Shown: positions 9,289-20,814 of the stretch, piece after piece | Layout of the letters: the number at the start of each line of letters is the position of its first letter | Numbering within the stretch: position 1 is the first letter of the stretch | Source of the DNA: Vulcanimicrobiota bacterium | GTDB lineage: Bacteria > Vulcanimicrobiota > Vulcanimicrobiia > Vulcanimicrobiales > Vulcanimicrobiaceae | Assembly: GCA_963795855.1 (NCBI GenBank) | Contig: CAWCIZ010000006.1 | Location: forward strand, 32,001 to 96,000 | Direction: 5' to 3' | Length of the DNA stretch: 64,000 nt | Notes under the pieces: generated by a model | The model's input: only the letters and a program-made list of their open reading frames with translations | What the model was told of the DNA's origin: nothing | Databases searched by the model: none | Made by a program: the position numbers and the translations under genes

Positions 9289-10560
9289 TTACGGATACAA
9301 GCCGCGAAGCTTCGTTGCCTCCGCGACGCGGCTGACGGCCACAACGTAGGCACCTCGCCGCATATCGATGCTCAACCGCTGCGACTGGTCGTAGGCTTCT
9401 TTGAACGCCTTCGTCATTATACGTTTGAGCCGCTCGTTGATTTCGTCTTCTTCCCAGAAGTTTTCTTGAAGATCTTGCACCCACTCGAAGTACGAGACGG
9501 TGACGCCGCCTGCGTTCGCAAGAATGTCCGGAAGCACCATGATTCCGCGATCGAAGAGTATCTTGTCGGCCTCGGGCAGCGTCGGACCGTTCGCCGCTTC
9601 CGCCACGATTTTTGCGCGGATGCGCGGCGCGTTTTCCGCCGTAATGACTTTTTCGAGCGCCGCGGGCACCAAGACCTCGCAGTCGTACTCCAGCACGTCC
9701 TTGTTCGGGATGCGCTCGCCGCCCGTAAAGCCGACGACCGATCCCGTTTCGGTTTTGTGCGCGATGACGCCGGCCATGTCGAGGCCCTTCGGGTTCGCCA
9801 CGCCGCCGCGAGAATCAGACACGGCGACGATGCTGTAGCCGGCTTTCTGCAGCAAATCGCCGGCATGCATGCCTGCGTTTCCGAAACCTTGAATGGCGAC
9901 GCGCGCGCCTTGCACCGGAATGCCCTGGACGCGCATCGCTTCATCGATGACGTACAAGCAGCCGCGCGCGGTCGCTTTGTCGCGTCCGAGCGATCCGCCT
10001 ATCGCGACCGGTTTGCCGGTAACGACTCCGGGAACCGAATATCCGCACTGCATCGAGTACGTGTCCATAATCCACGCCATCACTTGCGGGGTCGTGTACA
10101 CGTCGGGAGCGGGAATGTCTTTGTCGGGACCGATGATGATCGAAATTTCGCTGGTGAAGCGGCGCGTGAGGTTTTCGAGTTCCTGCATCGACATCGCCTT
10201 GGGATCGCAGATGACGCCGCCCTTGGCTCCGCCGAACGGAATGTTCACGAGCGAACATTTCCAGGTCATCCACATCGCGAGGGCCTTGACTTCGTCGAGC
10301 GACACGTCCGGGTGAAAGCGAATGCCGCCCTTAGACGGTCCGCGCGCCATGTTGTGCTGCACGCGGTAGCCCTTGAACATTCGAAAGACGCCGTTGTCCA
10401 TGCGGGCGGGAACTGAGACTTCGAGCACGCGTTTGGGTTCGCGCAAATAGCCGTGAATCGATTCGTTCAAACCGATGAGGCGAGCCACGTCGTCGAGTTG
10501 CTGCTGCGCCATCTCCCAGACGTTTTGCTCGGCCTGGACCGCAGAAATATCGAGGGTCAT
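9289..10560 (-). CDS. gdhA: Glutamate dehydrogenase (Glu/Leu/Phe/Val family)
   Basis: KGGIRFHP, GGAKGG, DIPAPDV, QGFGNAG, ANAGGVTVSYFEW. Confidence 0.95.
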   Translation of the reverse strand: MTLDISAVQAEQNVWEMAQQQLDDVARLIGLNESIHGYLREPKRVLEVSVPARMDNGVFRMFKGYRVQHNMARGPSKGGIRFHPDVSLDEVKALAMWMTWKCSLVNIPFGGAKGGVICDPKAMSMQELENLTRRFTSEISIIIGPDKDIPAPDVYTTPQVMAWIMDTYSMQCGYSVPGVVTGKPVAIGGSLGRDKATARGCLYVIDEAMRVQGIPVQGARVAIQGFGNAGMHAGDLLQKAGYSIVAVSDSRGGVANPKGLDMAGVIAHKTETGSVVGFTGGERIPNKDVLEYDCEVLVPAALEKVITAENAPRIRAKIVAEAANGPTLPEADKILFDRGIMVLPDILANAGGVTVSYFEWVQDLQENFWEEDEINERLKRIMTKAFKEAYDQSQRLSIDMRRGAYVVAVSRVAEATKLRGLYP

Positions 10561-10603
10561 TGCTGAGACCTCCCTCTCGCAGAATAGCGGTCCTTATAAA
10601 ATA

Positions 10604-10630
10604 GCAAAAAAAACCGCGATGGGCGCGGAA
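10604..10630 (-). terminator. Intrinsic terminator-like hairpin between the small Zn-ribbon gene and gdhA
   Basis: Minus strand CCGCG-CCCAT-CGCGG followed by 8 T. Confidence 0.55.
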
Positions 10631-10672
10631 TTTTTGCAATGGACTTCTTAAAGCGGCAGGAGCGCCTGCCTG

Positions 10673-10906
10673 TCAGTGCGCGCAGCGGGCGCAGTACCAG
10701 ACGACCGCGCCCTCATGCGTCACCGGAACCATGTGATCGTGGCTGCCCCTGCGGCCGCATTGCGCGCACGCGTACGTCTTCGAGTACGCCGTCCCGGAGT
10801 GCGCCGCGCGGCCCCGCGTTGCGCGGTAGAGCACGATCATGACGATGACGAACGCCGTCAGCGGCGCCCAAGCGAAGACTTCGGTAATCAGTTGCGGCGA
10901 TGTCAT
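10673..10906 (-). CDS. Small membrane-anchored Zn-ribbon-like protein
   Basis: One N-terminal hydrophobic helix, then CAQC...CARCAH; lies 6 bp downstream of cheR. Confidence 0.7.
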   Translation of the reverse strand: MTSPQLITEVFAWAPLTAFVIVMIVLYRATRGRAAHSGTAYSKTYACAQCGRRGSHDHMVPVTHEGAVVWYCARCAH

Positions 10907-10912
10907 GGCGGC

Positions 10913-11785
10913 TTACCGCATACGCCGGTAAATCGGGAACACCTCGTCGATTTTGCGGAATGCGCCTTCGTGCGGCGTTGCGTGCAGCGACTCGGCGGAA
11001 CTCAAGCAAATGAAGCCGAAGCGCGTGAGGCTTTGAAGGAATAGGTTGTGCACGCGATACTGCAGCGACTTGCTGAATTGCGGCAGCACTCCGCGCGCCA
11101 CGATCGCGTGAAACTCGTTGAGCGATGCGTCCGTCGCCAAACTATGCGTCGAAAAGATGAGCTGGCGCTGCAGATTCTCTTTGAATTGGACGGTGCCGTC
11201 GCTCCAGTCGCAAAACTCGGAGATGGAGCCGTGTCCGCCGCTGAGGCGGTAGTCGTTGGCGAACTCTTCGAGCGAGTTCGCCGGATACATACCCGAACGC
11301 GCTTGCGCGAGCGCGAGATCGCTCGCATCCGTCGCGTAGATCATGCAGCGGTCGAGCAGCTTCTCCTCGCAGAGAATCGAAGCGACGGTGTAGACGTCTT
11401 CGCCGGTCGAACACGCGGGGAACCATAACCGCACGAACGAGTAGGTGCGCAAGAACGGCACGACGCGTTCCCGGATCGCGCGGAAGTACTCGGGTGCGCG
11501 GAAGAGCCTGTTCGGACTGGCCGAGAACGCGAAGACGAGCCGCCGCAGCGCCTCGTGGTCGTGCAGCACGCGTTCCTGCAGACCCGAGATAGTCTCGACG
11601 CCTTCCGCACGCATGCGCTCGGCAATGCGCCGCTTGAGCGTTGCCGGCGCGTATTCGCGGAAGTCGTAGCCGCTCCAGCGCACGATGGCCTCGAGCAGCA
11701 AGGACAGCTCGACGGCGGACCGCTCCTCGTTTCTATCGGGGAGCGGTACGCCGTTCGGAATGTCCGTGATTATCGATTCAACCAT
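10913..11785 (-). CDS. CheR-family protein-glutamate methyltransferase
   Basis: GYDFREY...[20 protein letters not shown]-terminal motifs divergent. Confidence 0.88.
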   Translation of the reverse strand: MVESIITDIPNGVPLPDRNEERSAVELSLLLEAIVRWSGYDFREYAPATLKRRIAERMRAEGVETISGLQERVLHDHEALRRLVFAFSASPNRLFRAPEYFRAIRERVVPFLRTYSFVRLWFPACSTGEDVYTVASILCEEKLLDRCMIYATDASDLALAQARSGMYPANSLEEFANDYRLSGGHGSISEFCDWSDGTVQFKENLQRQLIFSTHSLATDASLNEFHAIVARGVLPQFSKSLQYRVHNLFLQSLTRFGFICLSSAESLHATPHEGAFRKIDEVFPIYRRMR

Positions 11786-14700
11786 GCACGTAACAGCGAG
11801 ATCAACTGATCGATGTCGACCGGCTTACTGATGTATTCGGACGCGCCGGCCGCGATGCAGCTTTCGCGGTCGCCCTTCATGGCTTTTGCCGTGAGAGCGA
11901 TGATGGGCAGATCCTTGTAGCCCAGCTTCTGACGAATGCGCCGGATCGTCTCGTATCCGTCCATCTCCGGCATCATGATGTCCATGAGCACCAAGTCGAC
12001 GTCGGGGTTGCTCATGAGTTTTTCGATGCCTTCGCGTCCGCTTTCGGCGCTCACGACGTGCATGCGATGCCCCTCGAGCGCCGCGGCAAGCGCGAAGATG
12101 TTGCGCGAGTCGTCGTCGACGATGAGCACCGTGCGGCCTTCGAGCGACCCCGTGCCGAGCGGCGGGATCTCTATAGCGCGCTTCGCTGCGGGAAGCCGTG
12201 CTTCGACCTGATGTAAGAAGAAGCGCGTCTCGTCGAGCAGACGCTCCGGCGACATTGCGTCCTTCACGATGACCGCCTCGGTGAGTTTGGTGAGCTTCGA
12301 TTCCTCCTGCTTGTCGAGTTCGCGGCCCGTGTACACGATCACCGGCGTACGCGCGTGATTGCGCTGCATGCGAATCCGTTCGATGAGTTCGTCGCCGCCG
12401 ACGTCGGGTAATCCGAGATCGACGACGATGCAGTCGAACTTGGCGTTTTGCAGCGCCTCGAGCGCTTCGGCGCCCGTTCTCACCGCGGTAATCTGCACTT
12501 CGCCGCTGCTTATCAGGTTGACCATCGCGTTGAGTTGCGTGAGGTCGTCCTCGATGACCAGCAGATGTTTGGTGCTTCGATCCGCGAAGCCGAGCAGGTT
12601 GTCGAAGGTTTCGGTGAGCGCCTCTTCCGTGACCGGCTTGCGAAGGTGCGCGATCGCGCCCGAGTCGAGCGCGCGCTGCCACTGCTCCTCGCCGGAGATG
12701 ACGTGAATCGGAATGTTGCCGGTATTCGGGTCGTTCTTGATTTCCGCCAGCAGATTCCAGCCGTCGACGTCGGGCAATCCGATGTCGAGTGTGATGGCGT
12801 CCGGCAGATATTTCCGGGCAAATTCCAAGCCTTCCGAGCCCTTGAGCGCCACGATGCCCTTGAAGCCGCGATCGCGGGCGAGCCCCAAGAGAATGCGCGC
12901 AAAGATCGCGTCGTCCTCGATGATGAGCAAGACGCGATCGGTGCTTTCGATGCTTTGACGATCGTCGTGAATGACGTCGAGTCCGTGCGGGAGATCTTCG
13001 AGCTGGCTGGGAACGGCTTCGCGACGAATCGTCCGGCCTTCCGGAACCATGTTGCGAATGGCCGACGGCGTGATGTTGCGCTCGAGCGGATGGAACAGCG
13101 TGAACGTGCTGCCCTCGCCGAGCGAACTTTCGACGCCGATTTCGCCGCCGAGCAGACCCGCGATTTCGCGGCTGATCGCCAGGCCGAGCCCGGTGCCGCC
13201 GAATTTACGCGACGTGCCCATGTCGGCTTGCTGGAACGCTTCGAAGATGACGTTGAACTTGTCCGGCGGTATGCCGATGCCCGTATCGGACACGGAGAAC
13301 GCGATCGCAGGACCTTGGACCGACGAGAGATGGTGCTCGCGATGCAGCGAGATGTCGAGCGTGACGCGGCCCTCGCTCGTGAACTTGAACGCGTTCGAAA
13401 GCAGGTTCTTGAGGATCTGCTGCAGACGCGTCGGGTCGGTGAGGAGATTCTCCGGGACGTCTTCGTGACGCCGGATGATGAACTCCAGGCCCTTGTCTTG
13501 GGCGATTTGATCGAACGTGCGGACGACGTCGTCCTCGATCGTTTCGAACGGAATCTCCTGCAGATCGATGGACGTCGTGCCGGATTCGATCTTCGAGAGG
13601 TCGAGGATGTCGTTGATGAGCGTGAGCAAGTCGGTACCCGCAGCGCGAATCGTCTGCGCGAACTCGATTTGCTTGGGCGTCATGTTCCCTTCGGGGTTGT
13701 CCGCGAGCTGCTTGGACAAGATCAGCAGCGAGTTGAGCGGCGTGCGCAACTCGTGCGACATGTTTGCAAGGAACTGCGACTTGTACTTCGAGGTGAGCGC
13801 GAGCTGCTCGGCCTTCTTCTCGAGTTCTTGGCGCGCTTCGTCGATTTCGCGCGTGCGGCGCTCGATTTCTTCGTTGCGTTCCTGCAGCAATCGAGCCTTT
13901 TCTTCGAGTTCGTCGTTCGTTTGCTGCAGTTCCATCTGCTGGCTCTGCAACTCGTTCGTGAGCGCCTGCGACTGCTTGAGCAGTTCTTCCGTACGCATCG
14001 AGGCGGCGATGGTGTTGAGAATGACGCCGATCGATTCGGTGAGCTGATCGAAGAATTGCAACTGGATTTCGCTGAACCGCTCGAGCGAGGCCAGCTCGAT
14101 GACGGCTTTCACGTCGCCTTCGAAGAGCACCGGCAGAACGATGAGCGCGAGCGGCTTGCTCTCTCCAAGCCCCGATGCGACGCTCATGTAATCGGCGGGC
14201 ACCTCCTCGAGCAGAACGCGGTGCTTCTCGACGACGACTTGGCCGACGAGGCCTTCGCCCTCGCGAATGGTTCGCTGCGCCGCTTTCTTGCGGTTGAGCG
14301 CGTAACTGGCGACCAGACGCAGCATCTGCTGCTCGCCGATGGGCTCGTTCAGATAGAACGCGCCGGCATGCGCGTTGACCAACGGTGCGATCTCCGACAT
14401 GATCAGACGGCTGACCGTCTTGATGTCGCGCTGACCTTGCAGCATGGCCGTGAAGCGCGCGAGATTGGTCTTGAGCCAGTCCTGTTCGGTGTTCTTGCGC
14501 GTCGTGTCGCGCAGGTTTTGAATCATTTCGTTGACGTTGCGCGTCAACTCCGCGACTTCGCCGCGCGCTTCGACTTCTACCGCGCGTGAGAGGTCGCCCT
14601 TCGTCACGGCCGTCGCGACTTCACCGATTGCGCGAATCTGCGAGGTCAGCTGCGCGGCGAGCTGGTTGACGGAGTCCGTCAGGTCGCGCCACAAACCGGC

Positions 14701-17502
14701 GGCGCCGGGAACCTCGGCTTGACCGCCGAGCTTTCCTTCGAAACCGACTTCGCGCGCAACGGTCGTAACCTGGTCGGCGAACGTTGCGAGCGTGTCGATC
14801 ATGAAGTTGATCGTGTCCGCGAGTTGCGCGATTTCGCCCTTCGCTTCAAGCGTGAGTTTACGCTTGAGGTCGCCGTTGGCGACGCCGGTGACGACCTGCG
14901 CGATGCCGCGCACTTGGTTCGTCAGGTTCGCCGCCATGGAGTTGACGTTGTCCGTGAGGTCTTTCCACGTTCCGGAAACGCCCGGGACCTGCGCCTGGCC
15001 GCCCAGTTTACCTTCGGACCCGACTTCGCGCGCGACGCGCGTGACTTCGCCGGCGAACGCGTTGAGCTGGTCGACCATCGTGTTGATCGTGTCTTTGAGT
15101 TCGAGAATTTCGCCGCGAACGTCGACGGTGATCTTCTTCGAAAGGTCGCCCAGCGCGACGGCGGTGGTGACCTTCGCGATGTTACGCACCTGAGAGGTCA
15201 GGTTCGAGGCCATCGTGTTCACGGACTCCGTGAGGTCTTTCCACGTGCCTGCAACGCCGCGCACGAACGCCTGGCCGCCGAGGCGCCCTTCCGAACCGAC
15301 TTCGCGAGCGACGCGCGTGACTTCGGAGGCAAACGCGTTCAGCTGGTCGACCATCGTGTTGATCGTGTTCTTCAACTCGAGAATTTCGCCGCGAACGTCG
15401 ACGGTGATCTTTTTCGAAAGGTCGCCGTTTGCGACGGCCGTGGTGACTTCGGCGATGTTGCGGACCTGGTTGGTGAGGTTCGACGCCATCGTGTTGACCG
15501 AGTCCGTCAAATCTTTCCACGTGCCGGAAACGCCCGTGACCTCGGCCTGACCGCCCAGTTTACCTTCGGAGCCCACTTCGCGCGCGACGCGCGTGACTTC
15601 GCCGGCGAACGAGTTGAGCTGGTCGACCATGACGTTGATCGTGTTTTTGAGTTCGAGAATTTCGCCGCGAACGTCGACGGTGATCTTCTTCGAAAGGTCG
15701 CCTTTCGCGACGGCCGTGGTTACTTCGGCGATGTTTCGAACCTGAGACGTCAGGTTCGATGCCATGAAGTTCACGGATTCGGTCAAGTCGCGCCACGTGC
15801 CCGAAACGCCGGCGACCTGTGCCTGACCGCCCAGTTTACCTTCCGAACCAACTTCGCGCGCGACGCGCGTGACTTCGGATGCGAACGCGTTCAACTGGTC
15901 GACCATCGTATTGATGGTGTTCTTGAGTTCGAGAATTTCGCCGCGCACGTCGACGGTGATCTTACGCGAGAGGTCGCCCTTTGCGACGGCGGTCGTAACG
16001 TCGGCAATGTTACGCACTTGGTCCGTGAGGTTGCCGGCCATCGTGTTGACGGAGTCCGTCAGGTCTTTCCACGTGCCCGAAACGCCCGGAACCTTTGCCT
16101 GTCCGCCCAGTTTGCCTTCGGAGCCGACTTCGCGCGCGACGCGCGTGACTTCCCCCGCGAACGAGTTGAGCTGGTCGACCATCGTGTTGATCGTGTTCTT
16201 CAACTCGAGGATTTCGCCGCGAACGTTAACCGTGATCTTCTTCGAAAGGTCGCCCTTCGCGACGGCGGTCGTCACCTCGGCGATGTTACGAACTTGAGAC
16301 GTCAGGTTCGCGGCCATGAAGTTCACGGATTCCGTGAGGTCGCGCCACGTGCCCGAGACGCCGGCGACCTGCGCTTGTCCGCCGAGAATACCTTCGGAGC
16401 CGACTTCGCGCGCCACGCGCGTGACTTCGCCGGCGAACGAGTTGAGCTGGTCGACCATGACGTTGATCGTGTTTTTGAGTTCGAGGATTTCACCGCGAAC
16501 GTCGACGGTGATCTTCTTCGAGAGGTCGCCCTTTGCGACGGCCGTCGTCACTTCGGCGATGTTACGAACTTGAGAGGTGAGGTTCGACGCCATGAAGTTC
16601 ACGGATTCCGTGAGGTCTTTCCACGTGCCCGAAACGCCGGCGACCTCCGCCTGGCCGCCGAGTTTGCCTTCGGAGCCGACTTCGCGCGCGACGCGCGTGA
16701 CTTCGCCGGCGAACGAGTTGAGCTGATCGACCATCGTGTTGATGGTGTTCTTGAGTTCGAGAATCTCGCCGCGCGCTTCGACCGTAATCTTGCGCGAGAG
16801 GTCGCCTTTCGCGACGGCCGTCGTAACATCGGCGATGTTACGCACCTGAGACGTCAGGTTCGACGCCATCGTGTTGACGGAGTCCGTCAAATCTTTCCAC
16901 GTGCCGGCGACGCCTTTGACGCTGGCCTGACCGCCCAGTTTACCTTCGCTGCCGACTTCGCGAGCCACGCGCGTGACTTCAGACGCGAACGCGTTCAGCT
17001 GGTCGACCATGGCGTTGATGACCTTCGCGGACTTCAAGAAGTCGCCGCGAAGCGCGTGACCTTCGATTTCGACGGTCATGCGCTGCGAGAGATCGCCCTG
17101 CGCGACGGCCGCGAGAACGCGGTTCGTTTCCGCCATCGGTGCGGCGACCGTTTCGATCAGCGAGTTGTACGCCTCAATTTGTTCTTGCCAACCGCCGCTC
17201 GCGCCATCGAACGAGGCGCGCAGCGAAAGGCGCCCGTCGCGAGAGATCGATCGGCTGACGCGTTTGATTTCGCCGAGCATGCGCGTGTTGGTTTCCAACA
17301 CCTCATTGAACGCTTGCGCAATCTCCGCTTCCGTGCCGCTGCCTTTTACGGGCAGACGTACGGAGAAGTCGCCGCTGCGAAACGATCGCAGTGCGTTCAG
17401 CAGGCGTCTTTCGCCTGCGGTGATGGAATGGGTAAGGTCGCCGTTCGTATGAGACGCGGCACCATTACCCTCGGCGGTTTTCTTGGCCGTTGTCGAAGGC
17501 AT
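11770..17502 (-). CDS. Soluble poly-HAMP hybrid histidine kinase (HAMP repeats-GAF-HisKA-HATPase-multiple REC)
   Basis: Nine 92-aa repeats containing VAREVG(S/F)[30 protein letters not shown]; three receiver-like domains; start at ATG 17502 with GGGAG RBS (ORF extends to 17607). Confidence 0.93.
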   Translation of the reverse strand: MPSTTAKKTAEGNGAASHTNGDLTHSITAGERRLLNALRSFRSGDFSVRLPVKGSGTEAEIAQAFNEVLETNTRMLGEIKRVSRSISRDGRLSLRASFDGASGGWQEQIEAYNSLIETVAAPMAETNRVLAAVAQGDLSQRMTVEIEGHALRGDFLKSAKVINAMVDQLNAFASEVTRVAREVGSEGKLGGQASVKGVAGTWKDLTDSVNTMASNLTSQVRNIADVTTAVAKGDLSRKITVEARGEILELKNTINTMVDQLNSFAGEVTRVAREVGSEGKLGGQAEVAGVSGTWKDLTESVNFMASNLTSQVRNIAEVTTAVAKGDLSKKITVDVRGEILELKNTINVMVDQLNSFAGEVTRVAREVGSEGILGGQAQVAGVSGTWRDLTESVNFMAANLTSQVRNIAEVTTAVAKGDLSKKITVNVRGEILELKNTINTMVDQLNSFAGEVTRVAREVGSEGKLGGQAKVPGVSGTWKDLTDSVNTMAGNLTDQVRNIADVTTAVAKGDLSRKITVDVRGEILELKNTINTMVDQLNAFASEVTRVAREVGSEGKLGGQAQVAGVSGTWRDLTESVNFMASNLTSQVRNIAEVTTAVAKGDLSKKITVDVRGEILELKNTINVMVDQLNSFAGEVTRVAREVGSEGKLGGQAEVTGVSGTWKDLTDSVNTMASNLTNQVRNIAEVTTAVANGDLSKKITVDVRGEILELKNTINTMVDQLNAFASEVTRVAREVGSEGRLGGQAFVRGVAGTWKDLTESVNTMASNLTSQVRNIAKVTTAVALGDLSKKITVDVRGEILELKDTINTMVDQLNAFAGEVTRVAREVGSEGKLGGQAQVPGVSGTWKDLTDNVNSMAANLTNQVRGIAQVVTGVANGDLKRKLTLEAKGEIAQLADTINFMIDTLATFADQVTTVAREVGFEGKLGGQAEVPGAAGLWRDLTDSVNQLAAQLTSQIRAIGEVATAVTKGDLSRAVEVEARGEVAELTRNVNEMIQNLRDTTRKNTEQDWLKTNLARFTAMLQGQRDIKTVSRLIMSEIAPLVNAHAGAFYLNEPIGEQQMLRLVASYALNRKKAAQRTIREGEGLVGQVVVEKHRVLLEEVPADYMSVASGLGESKPLALIVLPVLFEGDVKAVIELASLERFSEIQLQFFDQLTESIGVILNTIAASMRTEELLKQSQALTNELQSQQMELQQTNDELEEKARLLQERNEEIERRTREIDEARQELEKKAEQLALTSKYKSQFLANMSHELRTPLNSLLILSKQLADNPEGNMTPKQIEFAQTIRAAGTDLLTLINDILDLSKIESGTTSIDLQEIPFETIEDDVVRTFDQIAQDKGLEFIIRRHEDVPENLLTDPTRLQQILKNLLSNAFKFTSEGRVTLDISLHREHHLSSVQGPAIAFSVSDTGIGIPPDKFNVIFEAFQQADMGTSRKFGGTGLGLAISREIAGLLGGEIGVESSLGEGSTFTLFHPLERNITPSAIRNMVPEGRTIRREAVPSQLEDLPHGLDVIHDDRQSIESTDRVLLIIEDDAIFARILLGLARDRGFKGIVALKGSEGLEFARKYLPDAITLDIGLPDVDGWNLLAEIKNDPNTGNIPIHVISGEEQWQRALDSGAIAHLRKPVTEEALTETFDNLLGFADRSTKHLLVIEDDLTQLNAMVNLISSGEVQITAVRTGAEALEALQNAKFDCIVVDLGLPDVGGDELIERIRMQRNHARTPVIVYTGRELDKQEESKLTKLTEAVIVKDAMSPERLLDETRFFLHQVEARLPAAKRAIEIPPLGTGSLEGRTVLIVDDDSRNIFALAAALEGHRMHVVSAESGREGIEKLMSNPDVDLVLMDIMMPEMDGYETIRRIRQKLGYKDLPIIALTAKAMKGDRESCIAAGASEYISKPVDIDQLISLLRAWLNR
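14690..17010. repeat. 276-bp tandem coding repeat (poly-HAMP units)
   Basis: Motif like ACTTCGCGCGCGACGCGCGTGACTTC recurs near 15023, 15299, 15575, 15851, 16127, 16403, 16679 and 16955, plus a divergent copy near 14747. Confidence 0.92.
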
Positions 17503-17637
17503 AAAAAGAAAGCTCCCTGGGCTGAGGGTTGCTACTTCCTCATTTCCAAATCGTATCATTGCCAAACCGGGGCTCGCTAGGTTTAGCAAGCGGGCCTCGG
17601 GGGGCACAACGCATAAGAATGGTCGTCGGACATTGTC

Positions 17638-19184
17638 ATGCCCATGGTTGAGCCTGGCGCAATACGCCGTATCGACGCTCTCGATTTGCTTGCCGAGGCG
17701 AGCGCGCTTCTTGCACGCTCGTTCAATCTGTCAGCAACGTTACCGCTCGTGGCCGATTTGTGCATTCGCCGGTTCGCCGATTATTGCGCGATTCACGCCC
17801 GAATGGACGACGGCGGCGTCTCTCTCGTGGAGGCCTCCCGCGATCCCGGCTTTCATGCGCCCATAGGCGATCCGGACATCATGCCCGACGTCCTTCGCGA
17901 ACACGGCTTCGAGGCAGTCGTTGCCGCCCCGCTCGTCGGACGCCGCGGCTCACTCGGCATTTTCGTCGTCGCCTCGCATTCGCGTTCCGCGTTCAACGGC
18001 ACGGCGCAAAAACTGGCCAACGTGCTGGCGTTGCAACTTGCCGGCGCGATGGAACAGGCGATGCTGTTCGAGCGCACGTTCCGCGTCGCGGATCGCCTGC
18101 AGCGAGCGCTGCTCCCGGAACAGCTTTCCCAGACCCGCCGGAACTGAATTTCATGCCGCGTACCGCCCCGCCAGCGACGAGGCCGAGATCGGCGGCGATT
18201 GGTACGACGCCTTCCCGCTTCCCGACGGGCGCATCGCCGTTTCGATGGGCGACGTCGCCGGTCACGGCCTGGAAGCGGCGACCGTCATGGGCGAAATTCG
18301 CCAAGCGATGCGCACGGCCGCGGTTGGAGAGCATTCGGCAGCCGCGGTTCTGGAGCACATCAACAGCGTCATCAATCTTCGGAAAAGTATTGGTATGGTG
18401 ACCGCGATCTTCGGTTACTACAAACCGAAACTTCGCGAACTGAGCGTATGCGGTCGCCGGGCACCCGCCCCCAATCGTCACCATCGAAAACGGTTTCAGC
18501 GGATTCTTGCCGGGGGGCGGCATGCCGCTCGGCGTCGAGTCCCATATCAAAGCCACCGACTGGACCATCACGCTTCCGCCGCGCAGCTGCGTCATATTCT
18601 ACACGGACGGCATGACCGAATATTCGCGCGACGTCATCGCCGGTGAAAGCAAACTCCTCGAGTCCAGCGTGCGCGCTTTCGAAGCGGACCCCGAGAATCC
18701 GGCGATCGCGCTGCAGGAGCGCATCTTCGATGCGACGGTCAATCGCGACGACGCGGCAACGCTCACGCTTTCCTGCGAGAGCGGGCCGCTGCCCGAAGAA
18801 CTGCGCTTCTCCGCGCTGCCGCTCGTGGCTCCGATCGCGCGTTCATTCCTGCACCGGCTGTGCGACGAATACGCGCTCACGAGCGCTCAGCGCTTCTCGC
18901 TGATCACCGCAGTCGGTGAAGCCGTCGCGAATTCGGTGGAACACGCCTATCGCGGCGAGCCGGTGGGCGACCTCGTCATGCGCACGCACGTCGACAACGA
19001 AACGATCAGCGTCGAAGTCGAAGACCATGGGCGCTGGCGTCCGTTTCAGCGCCGCGACGAACGCGGCCGGGGCATCGTGCTGATGCACGAACTGATGGAT
19101 CACGTGCGGATCACGTCCGCTCAGAACAAAACGATGATCCGGCTCGTTATGAATCGAACCGCCGAAGAACGACCGCAGCATTAA
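17638..19184 (+). CDS. GAF + SpoIIE/PP2C phosphatase + RsbW-like HATPase protein (two apparent frameshifts near 18126 and 18445)
   Basis: Three frames join: LQRALLP / IGGDWYD, GDVAGHG / [32 protein letters not shown]. Confidence 0.85.
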
Positions 19185-20814
19185 GCCCGCCGAATCCTGA
19201 CGAGTTCGAAAGCACCACGCGCGATGCGATGCACCGTTCGGTGTTGCGGCAATCGACGCCGCACGCGCCGTCACGCTGCTCGAGGTTCACGGCCCCCGGG
19301 ATGACTTCGTCGCGCATGCTGAGCAGCGCGATCGCCATCTCCCACGCGCCGGTCGCGCCGAGCGCGTGGCCGTGCTGTCCCTTCGTCGCGCACACGGGAA
19401 TCGACGCGAGCCGCTCGCCGAATACGCGGCGGTAAGCGCGGGCTTCCGCCGCGTCGCCCAGCTTCGTCGACGATCCATGCGCGTTTATCGCTTCGACTTC
19501 ATCCGGATGCACGCACGCATCGTCGAGCGCGCGGTGCATCGCAGCCGCAGTCTGTTCGCCGTCCGCCAGCGGCGCAGACATGTGAAACGCGTCGTTGGAT
19601 GCGCCGTATCCGGCGATCTCGCCGTAGATGCGCGCGCCGCGCGCACGCGCCTCGTCGTATCGCTCGAGCATCAGCATTCCGGCGCCTTCGGCCATCACGA
19701 AACCGTCGCGCGCTTCGTCGAACGGACGGCTCGCGCGCTGCGGATCGTCGTTTCGCGCGGACATTGCGCGCGCGACGGTGAACGCGCCGTACGTGAGCGG
19801 CGCAAGCGGCGCTTCGACGCCGCCGGCCAGCGCCGCGCGCACTTCCCCGCGCCGGACCGCGCGAAACGCGTCGCCGATCGCCATCGCGCCGGCCGCGCAC
19901 GAGTTCGCGTTCGCCGTCGCCGGGCCCGTGATTCCGAATTCGATCGCGACGTTGCTCGCTGCCGCTCCGCCGAAAACCGAAATGGCCAGGAGCGGGTGCA
20001 CCGCGCGCAAACCTTGCGCGGCGAACACGTTCATCTGCTCTTCCGCCAGCGCCACGCCGCCGAGTGCCGAACCGGTAAAGACGCCGGTTTCGTTGCGCCG
20101 ATCGCCGACGGGAAACGCCGCATCGTCGACGGCCAATCGCGCCGCCGCGAGCGCGAGTTGTGAAAAGCGGTCGGTCCACTGAATGCGCCTGCGCGCGAGA
20201 AATGCGGCCGGATCGAAGTCGTCGATCTGCGCGGCGATGCGTGACGGAAACTCGCCGGCGTCGAAACGCGTAAGCGGCGCGACCGCGACGCGGCGCGATA
20301 ACACGCCTTGCCAAAGTTCTTCCGCGCCGATTCCGAGCGGCGTAATCATGCCCAGGCCCGTGACCGCGACGCGGTGATTCACGAGTTCTCGCAAACGCCG
20401 CTTCATGCATGCAAGGGTTCGCGTCGCAATCGGGTCCACGAAGTATTTGCCGATGAAAGTCGCGAGCGGCGATCGCCATTCGTGATCGATTTGCACTTGC
20501 GTTCCGCCGTTGCGCGGAACGAATCGCCACCACACGCGCATGCCTTTCGTCCAGCCGCCTACGTGCCGAAACGTTATGCCGGGCAAGGCGGCATCGTTGG
20601 TTTGCTCGGCGCGCCAACGCACCGGAATCGCCAGCGGCAACGCGCCGAAAGCACGGCGCGCCGCCATCTCCACGACGCTGCGCGGACCGGATGACTCCAG
20701 GACCCGCACGTACCGGTAGTGCGGCAGAATGTCGGGCCAGTTCTGCGTCCGGCTCGCGTAGTCGAAAATGCGCTGCGGCGGCGCCCCGATGAAGAGTTCG
20801 TTGCGCATGCGCAT
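19147..20814 (-). CDS. SRPBCC/START polyketide cyclase domain in frame with a FabF-type beta-ketoacyl synthase (KS part about 19147-20382)
   Basis: N-terminus WPDILPHYRYVRVL...GMRVWWRF (SRPBCC); KS RVAVTGLG, NSCAAG (Cys), NAHGSST and KGQHGH (His), NSSGFGG; may be two genes joined by an indel. Confidence 0.85.
   Translation of the reverse strand: MRMRNELFIGAPPQRIFDYASRTQNWPDILPHYRYVRVLESSGPRSVVEMAARRAFGALPLAIPVRWRAEQTNDAALPGITFRHVGGWTKGMRVWWRFVPRNGGTQVQIDHEWRSPLATFIGKYFVDPIATRTLACMKRRLRELVNHRVAVTGLGMITPLGIGAEELWQGVLSRRVAVAPLTRFDAGEFPSRIAAQIDDFDPAAFLARRRIQWTDRFSQLALAAARLAVDDAAFPVGDRRNETGVFTGSALGGVALAEEQMNVFAAQGLRAVHPLLAISVFGGAAASNVAIEFGITGPATANANSCAAGAMAIGDAFRAVRRGEVRAALAGGVEAPLAPLTYGAFTVARAMSARNDDPQRASRPFDEARDGFVMAEGAGMLMLERYDEARARGARIYGEIAGYGASNDAFHMSAPLADGEQTAAAMHRALDDACVHPDEVEAINAHGSSTKLGDAAEARAYRRVFGERLASIPVCATKGQHGHALGATGAWEMAIALLSMRDEVIPGAVNLEQRDGACGVDCRNTERCIASRVVLSNSSGFGGLNAAVVLRRFDS

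Noticed and set aside
10595..10640. Sigma54 promoter upstream of gdhA
   Set aside because: GG-to-GC spacing is 8 rather than 10 as sequenced; a terminator explains the region better, though homopolymer length may be in error.
14690..17010. Regular repeats as a possible CRISPR array or mobile repeat
   Set aside because: The period is 276 bp (92 codons), in frame within a kinase, with no unique spacers and no cas genes.
12448..17580. Long plus-strand ORFs (713 aa and 953 aa) opposite the poly-HAMP kinase
   Set aside because: Antisense shadows of a GC-rich gene; their repeats mirror the HAMP repeats and they show no independent motifs.
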